From Phoronis australis (taxonomy: Eukaryota; Animalia; Phoronida): a stretch of DNA of 64,000 nt. Numbering within the stretch: position 1 is the stretch's first letter; every line of letters starts with the position of its first letter. The translations under genes were made by a program, and so were the position numbers. The notes under the pieces were generated by a model. The model was not told the DNA's origin. It saw nothing but the letters and a program-made list of their open reading frames with translations, and did not search any database. Of the stretch, positions 38,701 through 52,907 are shown one piece after another. The stretch lies in contig NMRA01000010.1 in the NCBI GenBank assembly GCA_002633005.1, forward strand, positions 1,047,252 through 1,111,251, read 5' to 3'.

Positions 38701-40039
38701 ATGACAAACATGTGAGTTCAATCTAGTCACATGGTTTTTCTGTGGGTTTCTTTCTCAGTGCATTATTTATGCCAATTGTCTTATTATAATATGTTGATGA
38801 GACAGCAACAGTAATGGATCACACTACTTCTGCCAGATTCTGATTGAAAGGTCACGCATAAATAGAAGGGTCAACTATCTGCATTTAAAGAGGACCGGTA
38901 AAAACTGCCTTTTAAACAGATCGTGGTGAAACAACTCCTTGGGGATGATAACGTGAACGTTGCTGATTTTGAACATTGCAAGAATTTTTAAAATAAATCG
39001 CCAGATTCACGATTTTTGAAAAACAGACGAAAATAAACTCTTTCAGCCCAACCCAGTTTTCAAATTCTCCGCCCCTAATAATATATATGCGCGCATGCGC
39101 TCAAAGAATTACCCAGTAAATATTTCCCAAGAGCATAATCGCCACTGTTTTAACATCAAAGGTCAATGTCCGTCCTTATAAGGGAGATGTGCTACGTCTA
39201 CGTTTTGTCATGTCAAATAAAGAGAGGTGGTTTGCTTTATAGGAGAAAAATCGACAGAGACGAGCAGCTGACACATCGAAACGAAAGGAAAAATATTTTG
39301 ACATGACCAGAAATTCAAAATCTTTACTGACAAACCGTAAAACACTTGGTGAACAGTTTGACTTCTGTTTCAGTGGAAGAGAACCACTTTGAATAACGTA
39401 ATTTAGCCGAGTCTGTTTTTCGCGTTCTATGCCGGATGTGCGCAGATCTAAATAACCAATTCCATCTTAAAAGAGATGATCTGCTAGGTCGCGTTAACAT
39501 CGTGACGCGAACACCCACCTTCACAGAAAATTAATCTGTTACACCGAATTTATTTTTGTTAGCGCGAAAATGAGCCAAGACTGCTCGCGGTAACGTGCAT
39601 CGTACGCGCTAACAGTTAAGTGACAGCCGGCCAAGGCTTGGAGTTCCATATTACCACGTGACATTAAATTTTGTACTGGCCCAAAACTAGTCATTGTCCG
39701 ATTTGTTTTTGTTTGAGTTTGAACCCCATCTTATGTGTCAATAGTATTCTCGGACGATGACCGATTATGGAAATATGGTCGGTCTGTTTACGTGGTGAGA
39801 GCCATGAAGCTACGGAAGATTTTTGGAGATGTACGAACGTCATGCGTTATTTAGGCATTGGTTTACATGTTTGTGCAGTCGAATCTCATTACAATATACT
39901 TTTTGGAATTTCCAAGCCCGTCAGTTGTAGCCTAAGCGCGTTCGGGTTTTACTCGCTAATGTGTTAACCGGACACATAAACAGAAGACGTTCAGATTCCA
40001 GGACAATGAAAGTTCATATTCCAAGAAATCACTGGATGC

Positions 40040-40105
40040 TGGGGCGGATCCAGGGTTTTGAGTTAGGGGGGGGGGCAGGGCACAGGAATAACCAGAATTT
40101 CGCCA
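40040..40105 (+). mobile_element. 5' fragment of the CAGGGGCGGATCCAGG MITE family
   Basis: GGGGCGGATCCAGGGTTTTGAGTTAG...GCAGGGCAC resembles 58943-58990. Confidence 0.55.
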
Positions 40106-40304
40106 CATGCGCGCGCTCAGCCTAAAATGTAGGGAAGCAGGAGTCTCGAATTTTTGGGCTCATTGCAAAACAAATGGTCCTGACTCTGTGACAAAGACAC
40201 TGTGAAACAATATCTTTGTCTGTTTTGAAAAAAGTGGATGCCTTGGTGTATTGGGGATTTATTGTCGAAATGTCAGTGTGTATGTAAGAAGTACCCTTCC
40301 TTCA

Positions 40305-40569
40305 CACATTTTAAAAAATAATTGCAGGCGGTCTGGTACACGTTGTACCGTCTGGTACACGTTGTACCAGACGTGCGCAGGCCGCGCTTGATGGCCCATT
40401 TCACTGATCACCTGGAAATAGTTTTGCTCTTTATTAATATATAGTTAAAACCGAGCTGAGGAGCTAGAAACCCGACTCAAGGGTCTAGCAGTGTGGCCCA
40501 GTGGGACTCGAACCCACGACCTCGAGTAAAGAAGGCGGGCACCATCCCACTAGGCCATACTGCCTCCTC
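40305..40569 (-). mobile_element. tRNA-derived SINE, copy 2
   Basis: Reverse complement GAGGAGGCAGTATGGCCTAGTGG...GGTCGTGGGTTCGAGTCCCACTGGGCCACACTG is collinear with 22886-23140. Confidence 0.8.
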
Positions 40570-41747
40570 AACACGTTGGTGGCGCTGCAAAAAATGATTG
40601 TTGTGAATTGTTATTTAGGACACAGTGCTTTGTTTTAGCATCATTTTAACACTGCAAACATGAAAGCGCGGGTGTTCCAAACACTTCGTTTTCAAGCATA
40701 ATGGCGACTTCGTGCAAATAGTGAATAGGTGAGTTGGCAGGATTATTGGTTTGGGTCGCTTGGCATATATACATGAATAGCAACGAATAACAGGTTGAAT
40801 AATATCAGCATATCAGTCTAATCATATACATTCACAAAGCGAATTTTGAACTGCGTTATTAAAATTGTGAAATTAATGTGACGAGCAGTTCTAAATCAAC
40901 CCTCAAACCACTTTAACGCATAAATAAGTGTCAACCTTGGAATTTCGTATACCTGGCCCAGAACGTTAACAAAACATACCAACTCCCGAGTCCTCTTGCC
41001 AGATGTACAGGTATATAAGTCTACCCTGCTATGGCCTCAGACAATCAGATTTCGAAGGTGTCTTGGTGTACGTTTTAACGAGGTTCTACTGCAGTTGGTA
41101 AATAAGGTGAGTTCTGTCCAAAGGAAACAGATATTTAAACTTTGCAATGTCTCCAAGTGTTATAAGAATAGCTGCAATAACAGTTATCGTAGACGTTTCG
41201 ACTTCGTCACTGACACAATCATGGTCATGAATATTTGTGGGGGAAATTAAGACTAATTCAGCTTAGTGTAGTCAAAAATCGTATCTTATAAATTATTCTT
41301 ATCACAAGCCATTTTCCTGTCGATGATGTTATGAAATCGACACGACGGCGATGAACATTTTTGTTTTTTTTTAATTATTCTCAAATTTTATTTAATTTTA
41401 AAAGAGGCACAACTAATATATCTTATTTCTACGCAACTTGCAATCTTAACCGTGGTTTATTTAAGTACAACGTTCCCTCAAAGGGTAATAATAAAATTTG
41501 ATTATGTGAAAAATAATGAGAATTTAAAGTATTAGATAAAATGTTTACAGTAACATACCTATCAATGGGCGATAAGACCAGGAATGTCACCGGCCTGCGG
41601 AGGGTATCTGTCCTAAACACGACATTCCGCAACAGAAAAGCGTAGATTTGTGGGATACGAGTCGCATTTTACATTTATAAAAAGATGACATCGCTGCCCA
41701 AAAATCGAATTAACGTAACATCTGTCTACGAATCACTGAATCCATGA

Positions 41748-42098
41748 GGTCCGGGGTCGACTCTTTTTACTCAAAACTGTTTTTGGCGTTTTCTATTCTA
41801 CTTGTGTGCTCGTCTCATAGTCTACGCACGACTACATGATGGTTTGCGTGGACAGCATTCTAATCCTAGTTGATAAAGGCTAAAAGTTCGAGTCTGTACT
41901 CGAAATTTTGAATTTTTACTCGAAATCTCGAGTTTTACTCGAGTTTGTAGCACAAATATAAGGGTCGTCAAGTGCAAACTTGGACTAGAAACTCACATGC
42001 ATAAACCATAATGTGCCGGAACACAGACTTAAATCACAAAAGTAGAACAAAATCTGCCAAAAACTGTGAGTTCGAGTTTGAGTAAAAAGACCCCCAGA
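41748..42098. mobile_element. ~360-bp MITE family copy
   Basis: Same internal core (GGCTAAAAGTTCGAG, CTAGAAACTCAC) and inverted arms as the 18403, 54481 and 57119 copies. Confidence 0.7.
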
Positions 42099-43344
42099 AA
42101 GTTCCGCACAGGCGATCGGTGGGCTACTAGTTGATCTTGGATAGCTATCTCTTTTACTCGCATCTGAGATAAACTCAATTTTTGACTTCTTGAAATACAT
42201 GCATATATAACTACTAAAATAAACCGATTGCGACAGATCCATTTTCTTATAGAAGCAGTGCTCTTTGGATGACCGCTCTCTCATAGTTCTTTGCGTCTAT
42301 GCCGTCTTACGCTATACGAAAAAGGTTGAATAATCTCCAAATCAAAACATACAACATTGAATGGTTTTGGATTTAATTTTGTCTACAATAGTAAGTCCAA
42401 CTCAATCAAACCGTTAGTGCGACGATAAAATTATACATCACAAACACTTGCTTGAGCCTGCTCTGTTTATATGCTATTAGGTTTTGAATGTTTCTTAGTA
42501 GGCGCAGGGTCACTACATGTAATTCATATGATGAAAACCGCATCATTGTCCTCATTTTGAGTCATAACAAAAGGGGAGATCAAAATACGTCAAATTGTGC
42601 CATGAACATTCGTCAGATCCGATATTGCACCTACCTTTAATTTGAGGGCTAGGCTTGTTATCAGGAAATGTTTATTTCACAGGTAACTTGTTTATCAAAG
42701 TCACGCTCTACTTTTATTTCGATGGTCGCTCTACGATAGTAGAAGGTCAGCCATGACTAAAAATTGAGGAAATTGAAAAGGAGCTTATGTTTCCTATATC
42801 ACGATATTGAAAATACATGATGAGCTTACAGTGACAACCGTGAGTCTAATTGTTTGCATTCTTGTTGGAGTTTTATCGTCATTATGAACAATGATATTTG
42901 ACATTTCATTCCAATTTACAAAACTATGCTTTGTCTTGAATTAGAAATTTTGCCGACAGTAAAATCTATTTCGATTAAATGACAGGCGATAACTCGTTTA
43001 ATGCTTCTGTTTATGAGCCGGCTTTCATTAATTTCATGGATCACATTTCAACTGCTTCCATCTGAGACTGGCATTTAGTACAATTAATAAACCCGGTTAG
43101 ATCTATCAGAATCTTTCAGGCATAAGCCTATAGGTTCGTTTAGCTTCCAGAGATCGTTTAAAAATGCAGCGTTCCCAAATGTACGGACGTAGGCATTTTT
43201 CGAAAATAAAATCACGTCTGAGGTAATTGGTTGTCTTGTGCTTTCTGCCAATCAACTGTATTAGCGTGCATATAAGGACTTGACTATTCAAGGGGTCACG
43301 TGACTCGGGTTTTTGCCCGACTATAGGTGTAGGTAAATTTCACC

Positions 43345-44495
43345 CTCGGTCGCCGCCGATTTCCTGAATCCCTAGTTTTACATGTCTTTCCCGTAGATGT
43401 ATATTTCCGTTGGACGTTTATGGTTCCTTGACCGCTGTAAGCACACTAAAAATTAATAGCAAATTGATTTTGGTAAAACCACTAACTGACTTTTTTAAGT
43501 CCAAGCTAAAACCATTTCATAAAAAGGTAAGAACAAATGATAAGAACACACAGCCTCATCGCGTTTTAAAGTTCCACTGGCGTATCCAGGATGACATGTG
43601 GGGGCATAAGGCTAAACTTCTGAAGAAAAATGACCGCCTAATCCCTGAATACACCACTATGTCGGCGAGATTTTCTTCTTTGATCATTTTGGTTGCCACC
43701 CAACTAAATTCGCCTGAAAGCTAAAGCATGTTCTTTGTCGAGTAAACGTTTCCTGGGGACTCGTAAAAGTAAAATTTACTGTTTTCCAGAAAACGCATTA
43801 TCAACGGAATTTTGAGGTTTCTCTTTATAGTAATGTTATCCTCCTGTCACTACAGTTTTGGATCGGTTATGACTTTCACTCAAGCCCTTGGGTTTGTATA
43901 CCTATATTATACTAGCAATCTAGATCAATTGCGTTCCTTCCGGTGTCCCTGATACAGGAGCCTATGATTGTCAAGTTCTCGGCTGGAAAGTGGGACGACC
44001 AATACCAGCTTTGGGCGACATCGCGTGTTGCGCATGTACAGTGGTGACGTCAATGTGCCAGCATGCCTTGCTCACCCATACATAGAAAATGTAGTTTATG
44101 AAATACCATTTTCATTGAAAAAAATCAAGAACTTCAATGATGTCTTTGTGGACAACATATTTTCCTTATAAAGGAACAAATTTCTTCCAGAAATTGGATA
44201 TTTTTTCAGTTTCCTTTTTAGGATTAAATTTTTGAAAGATGCATGCCGGAAATTGCACTTTAAAAGTCACTGAGAAATTTTCTGATATTCAGCCGTTTGC
44301 TATGGTTTAACGGTCAATTTGTGTGCGCCCCGTAGTTAATATTTTAATTCCACGTAAACAAATACGTAGCTAAGCTTTAACCTATTTACTATTTAACTTT
44401 GAAAAAAGTACATTTTCTGAAATGTTGGAATGGCCCTTTCGTGCCGAAAACTCGGCAAAAAACGGAAGGATTCTGGGAAATCGGCAGACGGTTAG
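43345..44495. mobile_element. Possible ~1.15-kb non-autonomous DNA transposon
   Basis: Inverted motifs GCCGATTTCCTGAATCC (about 43355) and GGATTCTGGGAAATCGGC (about 44468). Ends and TSD are unresolved. Confidence 0.4.
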
Positions 44496-45203
44496 AGAAC
44501 AACAGCGACATCTGTCGTTAATGTTACAAACTAAAATATCTTTCGGCGCAAGCGGCAAAGTAGAAAAAAAAATGTGAGCATGAATTCATCTTTGTACTTC
44601 GAAACTATCGTTTGTCTAATAAATATTCTAAACACAAATCATTATAATATTACCTCCGCCGAGTAGGATAACTATGTTTTTGCCTTTGTTTGAAGGGGCG
44701 TGTCCGTGTGTGTCCCGAGACTCCCAGACGTAAGTGTGTGGTATCTGCAAGTGTACCCAAGAATTTTGAGAGGCCCTCCCCTGCGGGTGCCATGTCTGAT
44801 GTGCCTGTCTACCAATCTCCAACCCCCATTGCGGGCAGAATGTTTAGTGTTCAAGAATGTTAGTGGCTATTTCTGTGTATGTTATAATTGTTTTGTATTT
44901 TTTGAGAAATAAAACGATGATAATTAATAGCGATGGTTATTGCAGACTGGCAGAAAACCTCTCCAGGGTAAAAAGGTACTTATTGTACCCTGAGTGAATC
45001 CTACAAAACACACTGGAAAGGTACTCCTCTCTGCAATTTTTGGTACGCTGAAGCAATCACCTTGTCTGTGTTTCTTTTTCAAAGAGCGTGTGCTATTTCT
45101 GTATAGTTATCCAAATAGTTAGGGATGGTGGTATCAGAAAAGCCTTCTTGGTGGTATCCACAAAACCCATAAATTCCGAGTCATTTTGTGCTTTCTAGAA
45201 TTA

Positions 45204-46072
45204 CACATAGTGTACCTAATTATCGGACGGACCCTAACTACCGGACGTTACATAAAATCTTACTTTAAGCATAATCTGAGAAATATATGACACCAATTTT
45301 TGTTCCACTGTAATGCATTCAATGTCCGGCACTATCTCGTTTTTTTCTAGGGTTGCCTCGTTTTGATTTCACCGAGAGAGGGTGCAATTTAGACCCTCAC
45401 GTCGGCCTAAAATGGACGATGGCATATTATAAACTCTGAAAGCAATATCTTTTTCCACAATGAAATCATCTCATTGAACTGACAATATGTCACTGTTTCA
45501 TTTTTTTCATTTTGCTCTTAATCTCATATCAAGAAGGCAAAGAGATACCATTTACTACGTAAGTCAACACTGCGTACTAGTCGGCAACCGAGTAGAGCGA
45601 CGTCTTTCGTGAAAATGAAAGAGATACTAAAAACTGCAGTGATTTTGCACGTGCTTTAGTCGTCTGCACTGATTCATCGAAAGGTCTTGGCGCTGTCATC
45701 AGATTTCATTTTATGGATAATTTTGTTGTGAATGGAGCTTGTGTTCTAGCAGTATATATGTCAAAACACTAGAGCTGAAATTTGGCTACAAGGTGCCCGC
45801 GGCCATTACATGGTTAGTCAGTTTTCCGCGGTGTGGCGTATGGGGAAACATGGTGTCCGATATTTAGGTTCTCCGAAGGTTTGCTAGTTGTGTTTTTTAA
45901 AGATCAGTCAGAACATAAATGTGGCTTTCGGTGACAAGATATGGTAGCAGAACAATTCCGCAAAGGTAAGTCTTTATTTCAGCAAAGAATTTACAACAAC
46001 CCGTAGTATTTTCAATTAAATATAATGCAAAATGTGCCAAAATTAACGTCCGATAATTAGGTCACTTAACTG
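45204..46072. mobile_element. pogo/Tc1-mariner-like non-autonomous element
   Basis: TA-flanked, with TIR core ACCTAATTATCGGACG / CGTCCGATAATTAGGT and right end ...CACTTAACTG|TA. Extra subterminal copies of the core are present. Confidence 0.7.
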
Positions 46073-47101
46073 TACTGCTTTATTGGTGATGTGTAATGTG
46101 GCTCAAAGTAAACCTTTCCACGCGTTTACAGTCAAGTTGAAAGATGAAGGCCTAAGTCCGCGAACTCGTTATTTTTGTGAAAATTTAACCAACCAGTGTC
46201 AAAAGTTGTCCGTCTCGAAAAAATTGGCGCAAATTGCACAGCGAAACGTGCGTAACGTGTTGGCGAACGCCTATTTCGTTTTTAAAGAACTTTCCTTGCC
46301 ATAGCCACAAGACGTGAGTTCCATCTTTCCGTCTTTCCAATAACTTCTGGCTACAACTTCGGCATGGAATCAACCAGATCGTTTGGAACAGGATCGTTTG
46401 ATGCAGAGTTACTGTGTGAACAAGGCACTCAATCATCCAGCATGAGATATAGGGTTGCCGGAAGACGTTTAAAAACAAAGTAAGCATTCTTTTCAACCCA
46501 AGCCAGCAACAGTAAGTCATTCACGGTAAATGAAACGTGAACGCCAAGTGCAATTTTTGTTAACGTTAAAGCGGTAGGAGAAAGTGGGACTTGTTGCAGA
46601 AGGGTGACAGGTATTGTCGGGGACGTCCCAAGCCTTCCCCTCGAATTGCACATCAAGTTTCAATCTTTGCAAATCGAAATTACGATCACGTGAGAACTTT
46701 CGTCTGCAGACATAATACAACGAATGCAACTGCTCGCAAATGAAGCCTTTCAAAAGAACTTATTCGTTCGAAGATTCGACATTTTACTAATCGCTTGTCA
46801 CTCCGCTATTTGCATTTCTTACCTGGAGTTGAACTCGACCTAAAGCATTCACTTGTCTCATAGGTTGGCATTTTTGTCACTACTTATCGTAATAAGGTGT
46901 TATTAGTTCAAAATTTGAGAGTACAAGATGAAAGAGGGTTAGATGCACTGTTTTTTCGAATCGAAATTTGCATAGAAATTTGGTTTGCCGACAATAATAT
47001 AAAATATTATTTGCAAGTAAAGACGACCACAATTGAAAATTCATATCCCTAAGTCTTTGCTTAAAAGAAATTAAAAAGTTACTTTCATCACCAACATCTT
47101 G

Positions 47102-47630
47102 TTACAACCAAACACAGCCAAACCCACCTGTAAATATTACAGTTTTCACTAAGGTACACCAGTTCTTTTGACCTTTCAAATCGTCTTCACGCAGCATCAT
47201 GTAACATTGTTTTGGCAATCTATCATTATTCATGTTCAACAACTTCATGTAGTACGTAAGGGGTTTATAAATATAAGTCACACACAAATCAAAACGTCCA
47301 CATTCACCTTTTGCAATAACATTTGTTGTCTTGATACCTGTACGTAATAACCATTTACAAAACGCAAGCTGAACACTTCCGATTTCCTTCCTGTAGGTTG
47401 TACCCCACAATTCTGCACCATAATACAGAACAGGTGCAACCCCAGAATCAAATAATTTAAATGCTATTTTTACATTTCTGTTTGACCCCATTTTGAATAA
47501 ATAAGACTTGACTAAATTAAGAACTTTACTTGCATGTTGGGCAAGTGCTTTGCAACACATCGTCCAACTCGGCCTGCATGAGAAAAAATTCCCAGGTATT
47601 TATAGTAGTTGCATGAATTTAACTTAGATC
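47102..47630 (-). pseudogene. Non-LTR retrotransposon ORF2 fragment (region C-terminal to RT)
   Basis: KLFDSGVAPVLYYGAELWG...VQLAFCKWLL...GECGRF...DRLPKQCY...NWCTLVK is typical of the post-RT region of LINE ORF2. An upstream YKYLG motif lies in another frame. Confidence 0.8.
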
Positions 47631-47977
47631 CGTAATTGAACCTTTTTCCTTCGCTTGCAACGCAGCCTCGCGGAACTTTGGGCTGAACTCTGGAATGCTC
47701 GTCTGCTTCTACATACTAACTTCTCAGGAGAGACATGCACCAAAAATTGAGACAAAAATCGGTGTTTTGGGACTGACCACTTAAAATTGTAGATTTACTA
47801 ATACACTTTTTGTTCGTTTTCAGAGGTTATTTTGTAAATAGAATTTTCGTCACACGGGACAGAAACCCTGTTCAGGAGATTGTTTGTGCAGGGTCTCCCT
47901 TCCAGGCATTGGCGAAATCTACAAGGCCAAAGGAAAACTCGCAGACAAATCAACATGCTGGATGCTTAACAGTTTCG

Positions 47978-48211
47978 CAGAGGCGGATCTACAGGGGGGT
48001 TCAGGGGGTTCAATCCCCCCCTCGGGAGAGGATCAAAAATAAAAATTAAAAAAGTCGCCAGAAAAACGAAACCAGCTACTAAAAACCACAAAAAAATTTA
48101 CACGGGAGGAGGGAAACCCCCTCCCGACCTTCCTTCCGCTTGGCGCTGCGCGCCTCAGATTCGCTCGAATCCTACCACCCCCCCTTTACTGAAAACGTAG
48201 ATCTGCCACTG
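47978..48211. mobile_element. MITE with CAG termini and 5-bp TSD (TTTCG)
   Basis: TTTCG|CAGAGGCGGATCTAC ... GTAGATCTGCCACTG|TTTCG. Confidence 0.85.
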
Positions 48212-49231
48212 TTTCGGCCCAAGCATTGGCCATTATAGTGTTTTCCGCTTGTTTTTTACTGAAAACTACAGTGAGGAGCTAAACATTAATACTGAAACTT
48301 TTGGTTAGGCGTTTTGGGTTTTATTTGGAGTAAATTAAACTACTAAATAGAGAGTGGCCAACAATAAAATAGGGTATCGTATTTATTTCATTGTATTACA
48401 TTGTTACATACAAGTACAACAAAGCACAACATAATAAAAATAGACGCAGCAACAAAACACAAATGTAACTTGGGATTTCATTTCTTTATGGTTACAGAAG
48501 CCTGTGAAAAGGGTTGCTATGTACATGCTGAGAGGCAATTTTTTGTCCTTGTCACAGTATTTTATGTTTCCAAATCCAGCATCCAGAAGAGTAGCTATTA
48601 CAAAATACAAAAGCCGTTAGATCATTGGAAACTTTTAAGAGTAACTATTAAGAACAAACGAATGCTAGATTGAGGTAAATTAGTAGTTGTTTGTCGTATG
48701 TTACGTCTAATTTTTATGTTCTTATTACGTTATTTTTTAAATTTCAAAATTATTATTTTCCAAAACTAAAATTCTGAGTATAATTAAATCGAGATTTCAT
48801 CAGTAAAAACAGTCAGTTGTTGATCTACAATAGTTGCTACATCAATCTCTACTGTTCCGTTGCCATTTTTCTGCATGTTTTCCTTTTCTTCAAAAGCTTA
48901 GCACATCGACGACCATAGGTGGCATCTTAAAACGGCTTCAGCCGCAATGCACAGTTAAAATAACTCTAATAAATTAACGAAAACCTTCAACTCGACGAAT
49001 ACAATATGATTGTTAGAGTTAAATCAAACCCTATTCACTGCATGGCTTTAAAGTGGAATAATTTGTTAAGCACAACAACAACCGGGTTTTATGCTTTGCC
49101 GGACTACCATTGGTTTCCCGAGTATATTTGCGGGTTTAATCCGTTGGCCACACTACTCTGATACTGTGTTTTCACATTATAGCCTCGTGGGTGGTTTGGT
49201 TCTGTATCGTTTTCAAATTTTCTTTTTCTAG

Positions 49232-49865
49232 ATCGGGAAATGCACACAGAGCTGGAACTAGGCAGAGAGGCAATCCTAACCACTGCATGCGTTGTGGCAC
49301 GTTTTGTTCGGAGAAAACGATTAAAAAGTGTTGTCAAGAGTGCCCAGTTAACGGCCCAACGGGTGGGAAGGCATGCAAGAGACAACGGCAACGCTCGTCG
49401 TCCGTCTGTCGTGGCAATCCAAATCACTGTAGACGGTGTGGGTGTTTTTGCTCAGAAGATAGCACCGCGAGATGTTGCGACGTGTGTCCAGTGAATGGGC
49501 CTACGGGGGGAAAGGAATGTCAAAGAGCAAGAAAACGCTGCACTTCAACTGCTTCATCTTCAAGAGGCAATCCAAATCACTGCAGGCGCTGCGGATGTTT
49601 CTGCTCTGCTGAAACAAAACCTAAGTGCTGCCCGGAATGTCCAGTGAACGGACCGACTGGAGGAAAAGCCGCAAAACAGAGCAAAAATAGAAAGAGTAAA
49701 AGTCCTGTCTCTCGACGCTCACGGACTAGGCGTTCTTCAAAATCGCCCGGAAAGAAAAACCGAAGTAGATCATCCAACAGGTCCAAGCGTTCTAAAGCAG
49801 CGAGGAATGTGAAAGATGATGTTAAATACGATTTGATTGTGAATGTGAAAATGAATACAAAGTGA
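49232..49865 (+). CDS. Terminal exon of a Cys-rich triple-repeat protein with an Arg/Ser/Lys-rich tail
   Basis: Acceptor TTTCTTTTTCTAG at 49231. Three repeats of RGNPNHCxRCGxFCSx6CCxxCPVNGPTGGK, diverged mainly at third codon positions. Stop at 49863-49865 and AATAAA at 49921. The upstream coding exon was not identified. Confidence 0.85.
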
Positions 49866-52800
49866 GCGCCCCCTATTGACCAAGAAATACAATACGAACA
49901 TACATTATAAGCTCTTGAGTAATAAAAACCATTTACACTTTCATTGTCTTAGTTTTAGCATTCGTATATGTAACTCCAGCATTCATTACCGTTTTATAGT
50001 GACGAAATCATTATTCAAATTTTCCATAAATATTGGATATTTTGGAAAATGTCCTCGTGTTAGACATATTACTTTGGTCTAAAAAATTAAGGAGCGTTTA
50101 GTGGGTCAAAATCTTGGTAACTCAACAGAGAAAAAGTTCAAAATGCATATTGATCATAGAGACTGGAAGTTTATTTATCACCTCGACTCTATCCAGCTCA
50201 CGGTTCATCCCTCTTCCATTCCTGTGTTAAGCAGCGATACAGTAAGTAACCTTTACTCGATTTGTGTTGTAAGTAATTGTATATCTGTATGCGATCATTG
50301 TTCGATATAAAGAAGGCTATTGAACAGCATATTATTTATTCGATTAAGGTTCCCACATTCAATAACAAGAACACATATACACAAGCGCTTAGTGGGGCTC
50401 CCAAGGATAATGATAGCAATTCTATGCCGAATGTGATTAAATACCAAAAAGTACGTCCTGACTCGTACACGGGGTACTGTTAAAATTGATTAAGCTTTGC
50501 ATCATACATTTTCACCTCAGGCAAAGATTATAACGTAAATATACCCTGTAGTCAGTATAATTTAAAACGTCGCGTGTCGCAGTTCACTGTTATTATGACA
50601 AGTACAAATAACGTCCACCCAGTCAAGCGAGGACAGTTCACTTGGTTACCGCTTTCAACGGGACGTATACATTCCAACTCCCGAGTCCTAACTGTTCTGC
50701 TTCCAGAATGGATTTCGTGAAACTAACAAGATGAGGTGAACTACTATCTGAACACATCACGTTTCTTTGAAGTTCAATATGCGGTAAGTACATTCTAAAC
50801 TATTGAGCAAAAATTATTATAAGATGTAACAACGAACTGTTCGGATCGTACTCGACGTATGATTCAGACCATTGAATATGCCATTAAATGAAATGTGTAA
50901 TTGTAACCGTCTGTGCCAGTAACCTGCACAAAATGCTCAGTACCTGTTACGTATACAATTCAAGTTCTGAATGGTTTCAGCTGCAAGCAATAAGACAGGA
51001 GAACGAACATGTTTTTGTATCGAAGACAGAAGTTTTATTCCAACATATGTACCACAGGTGTGACTCCCACAATATATATATACACACATGAAAAGTGGCC
51101 GGTCGCATTATCTGTCTTTACTTTGGATATATCTGTCTGACACCATTTGACAAAGATAACAAATATAATTGGGAAGATTTCTGAGCGCCGCCCAAGCACC
51201 TATCATGATGCTTGTAAGTCACTTATACATTCAGAATCTCCGGTGCATGCCTTTTGCCTTTTGTCCAAGTTACATATTTTCAAAGACGTTGACACAACCC
51301 ACCATTGAGTTCAATACCAAGGTAATGCATTCATTGTCATCATTGTGACCGTAATTAGCGTCGTCACCCACTCACACGTCGACATCTTCAAATTAAAACC
51401 ATGTGGACCTGGTGAAAAAGATAAGCCTAAGGGGCAACTTCACAAATTTATTAAGCTAACACAGCCTACGGATCTGTCATTATTTTTAGTTTTAAAATCA
51501 CCATAGGTTTTTAACAATGCATTTATTTTATCGACGTTCACTGACCAACCACTTGTGAAAATCGAAGATATTCTTTGAAGTTTACTTTAACTTTGCATAT
51601 GTGTACAGTGTACATAAGTGAGTGTATAATGCCGTCAATTCTATTCGAGCATGCGGCGTCTTCTGCTTTATTTTTTAAAACACTTTCGGCGACTTTCGGA
51701 CGAACATGACTATTGATGTGACCTCTAGCAGCAATGTTAGTTTTTGCGATTGCCTGAACGGATTTTTATGAGATTTGGCAAATACGTTTCTATTGAGATT
51801 ACGATGACACTTTTCCAATTTCGTTCTTCTTTCTCACGGTATCGGTCATAACGTTCAAGAGATCATTATGAAATTCGACAGATGCATTGTACTCACGTGA
51901 GCTCGGCTGACGTTGAGTTTTGTACGGGTCCAAACACTTTGGCAGCCCTATGATATTTTTTCGTCTCTGCCTCATCAATATCTGTAAAATTCCTTGACAA
52001 ATCTTCATGAAGTTTAGTTTATATGTTCCTTTTGAGGAGAGCACGGATGACCCTGATTTCGATAGGAGTCCACCTTGTGACGTCATCTAGTGACAATTTA
52101 GGTCTACATTTCGTCAATGTCCCTGTATACCTTGATAGATTAGCAGGAAATTTCGCAATAAGATAGTGTATGAAGGAGGCAACGACACCTTTCCAATTTC
52201 AGATGGATTCAACTTATTCCGTGGTAATTTTTATCATTTTCGTGTCCGGCCTCCAACGTCTTCCCTATTCGAAAAACCGCTTACATAATCACCATGAAAG
52301 TTCACAGATATTTCTCACTTAGATGATTATGACTGACATCAGTTTTCGGACAAATCTCCTCTGTCATCACTTGAATGAAAATTTTAGTTTTCTTAATATC
52401 TGTAAAGATCGATGTATGATCATACTGGGGATAGCACATTAATTACTAATGCAATTGAGTTTCGAACAATGTCAGTATCTATTTTAAGTTCTTCAGTGAT
52501 TCTGTAGGAGGTTTGGCATATTGGGGAAGCACGAATGATGTCGCCCTCTAGAGGCAAATTGCTATTGCGTCTGCCTTACTGTCTACCAAGTTCTTGGATG
52601 GATCTTCAGGAAATTTGACCAGTAGGTTCCTGGGAACAACTGATGTTGGTTTTAGAATGGATCCGATTAGCATGGAAATATTTGAAAACTGGTCGCTTTT
52701 ACAACTTAACCGTTTGACAAGAGCATATCAACGCTATACGAAGCGCCTGTTAAGTGAGTTGAATCTAAGGTAGTATCAGAGCATTCATGGTGACAAAGCG

Positions 52801-52907
52801 TTTTTACGTTGTTTATAAATTCCTCTTTTCATTTGTCACTACCTATGTCAAATTTACTTAATGTTTGCAGCTGATAACGATACAAAGTACACCAGCTACC
52901 ACTGAAG

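Noticed and set aside
46185-46753. Cluster of minus-strand ORFs that look partly protein-like
   Set aside because: No consistent frame, recognisable motif or splice structure could be established.
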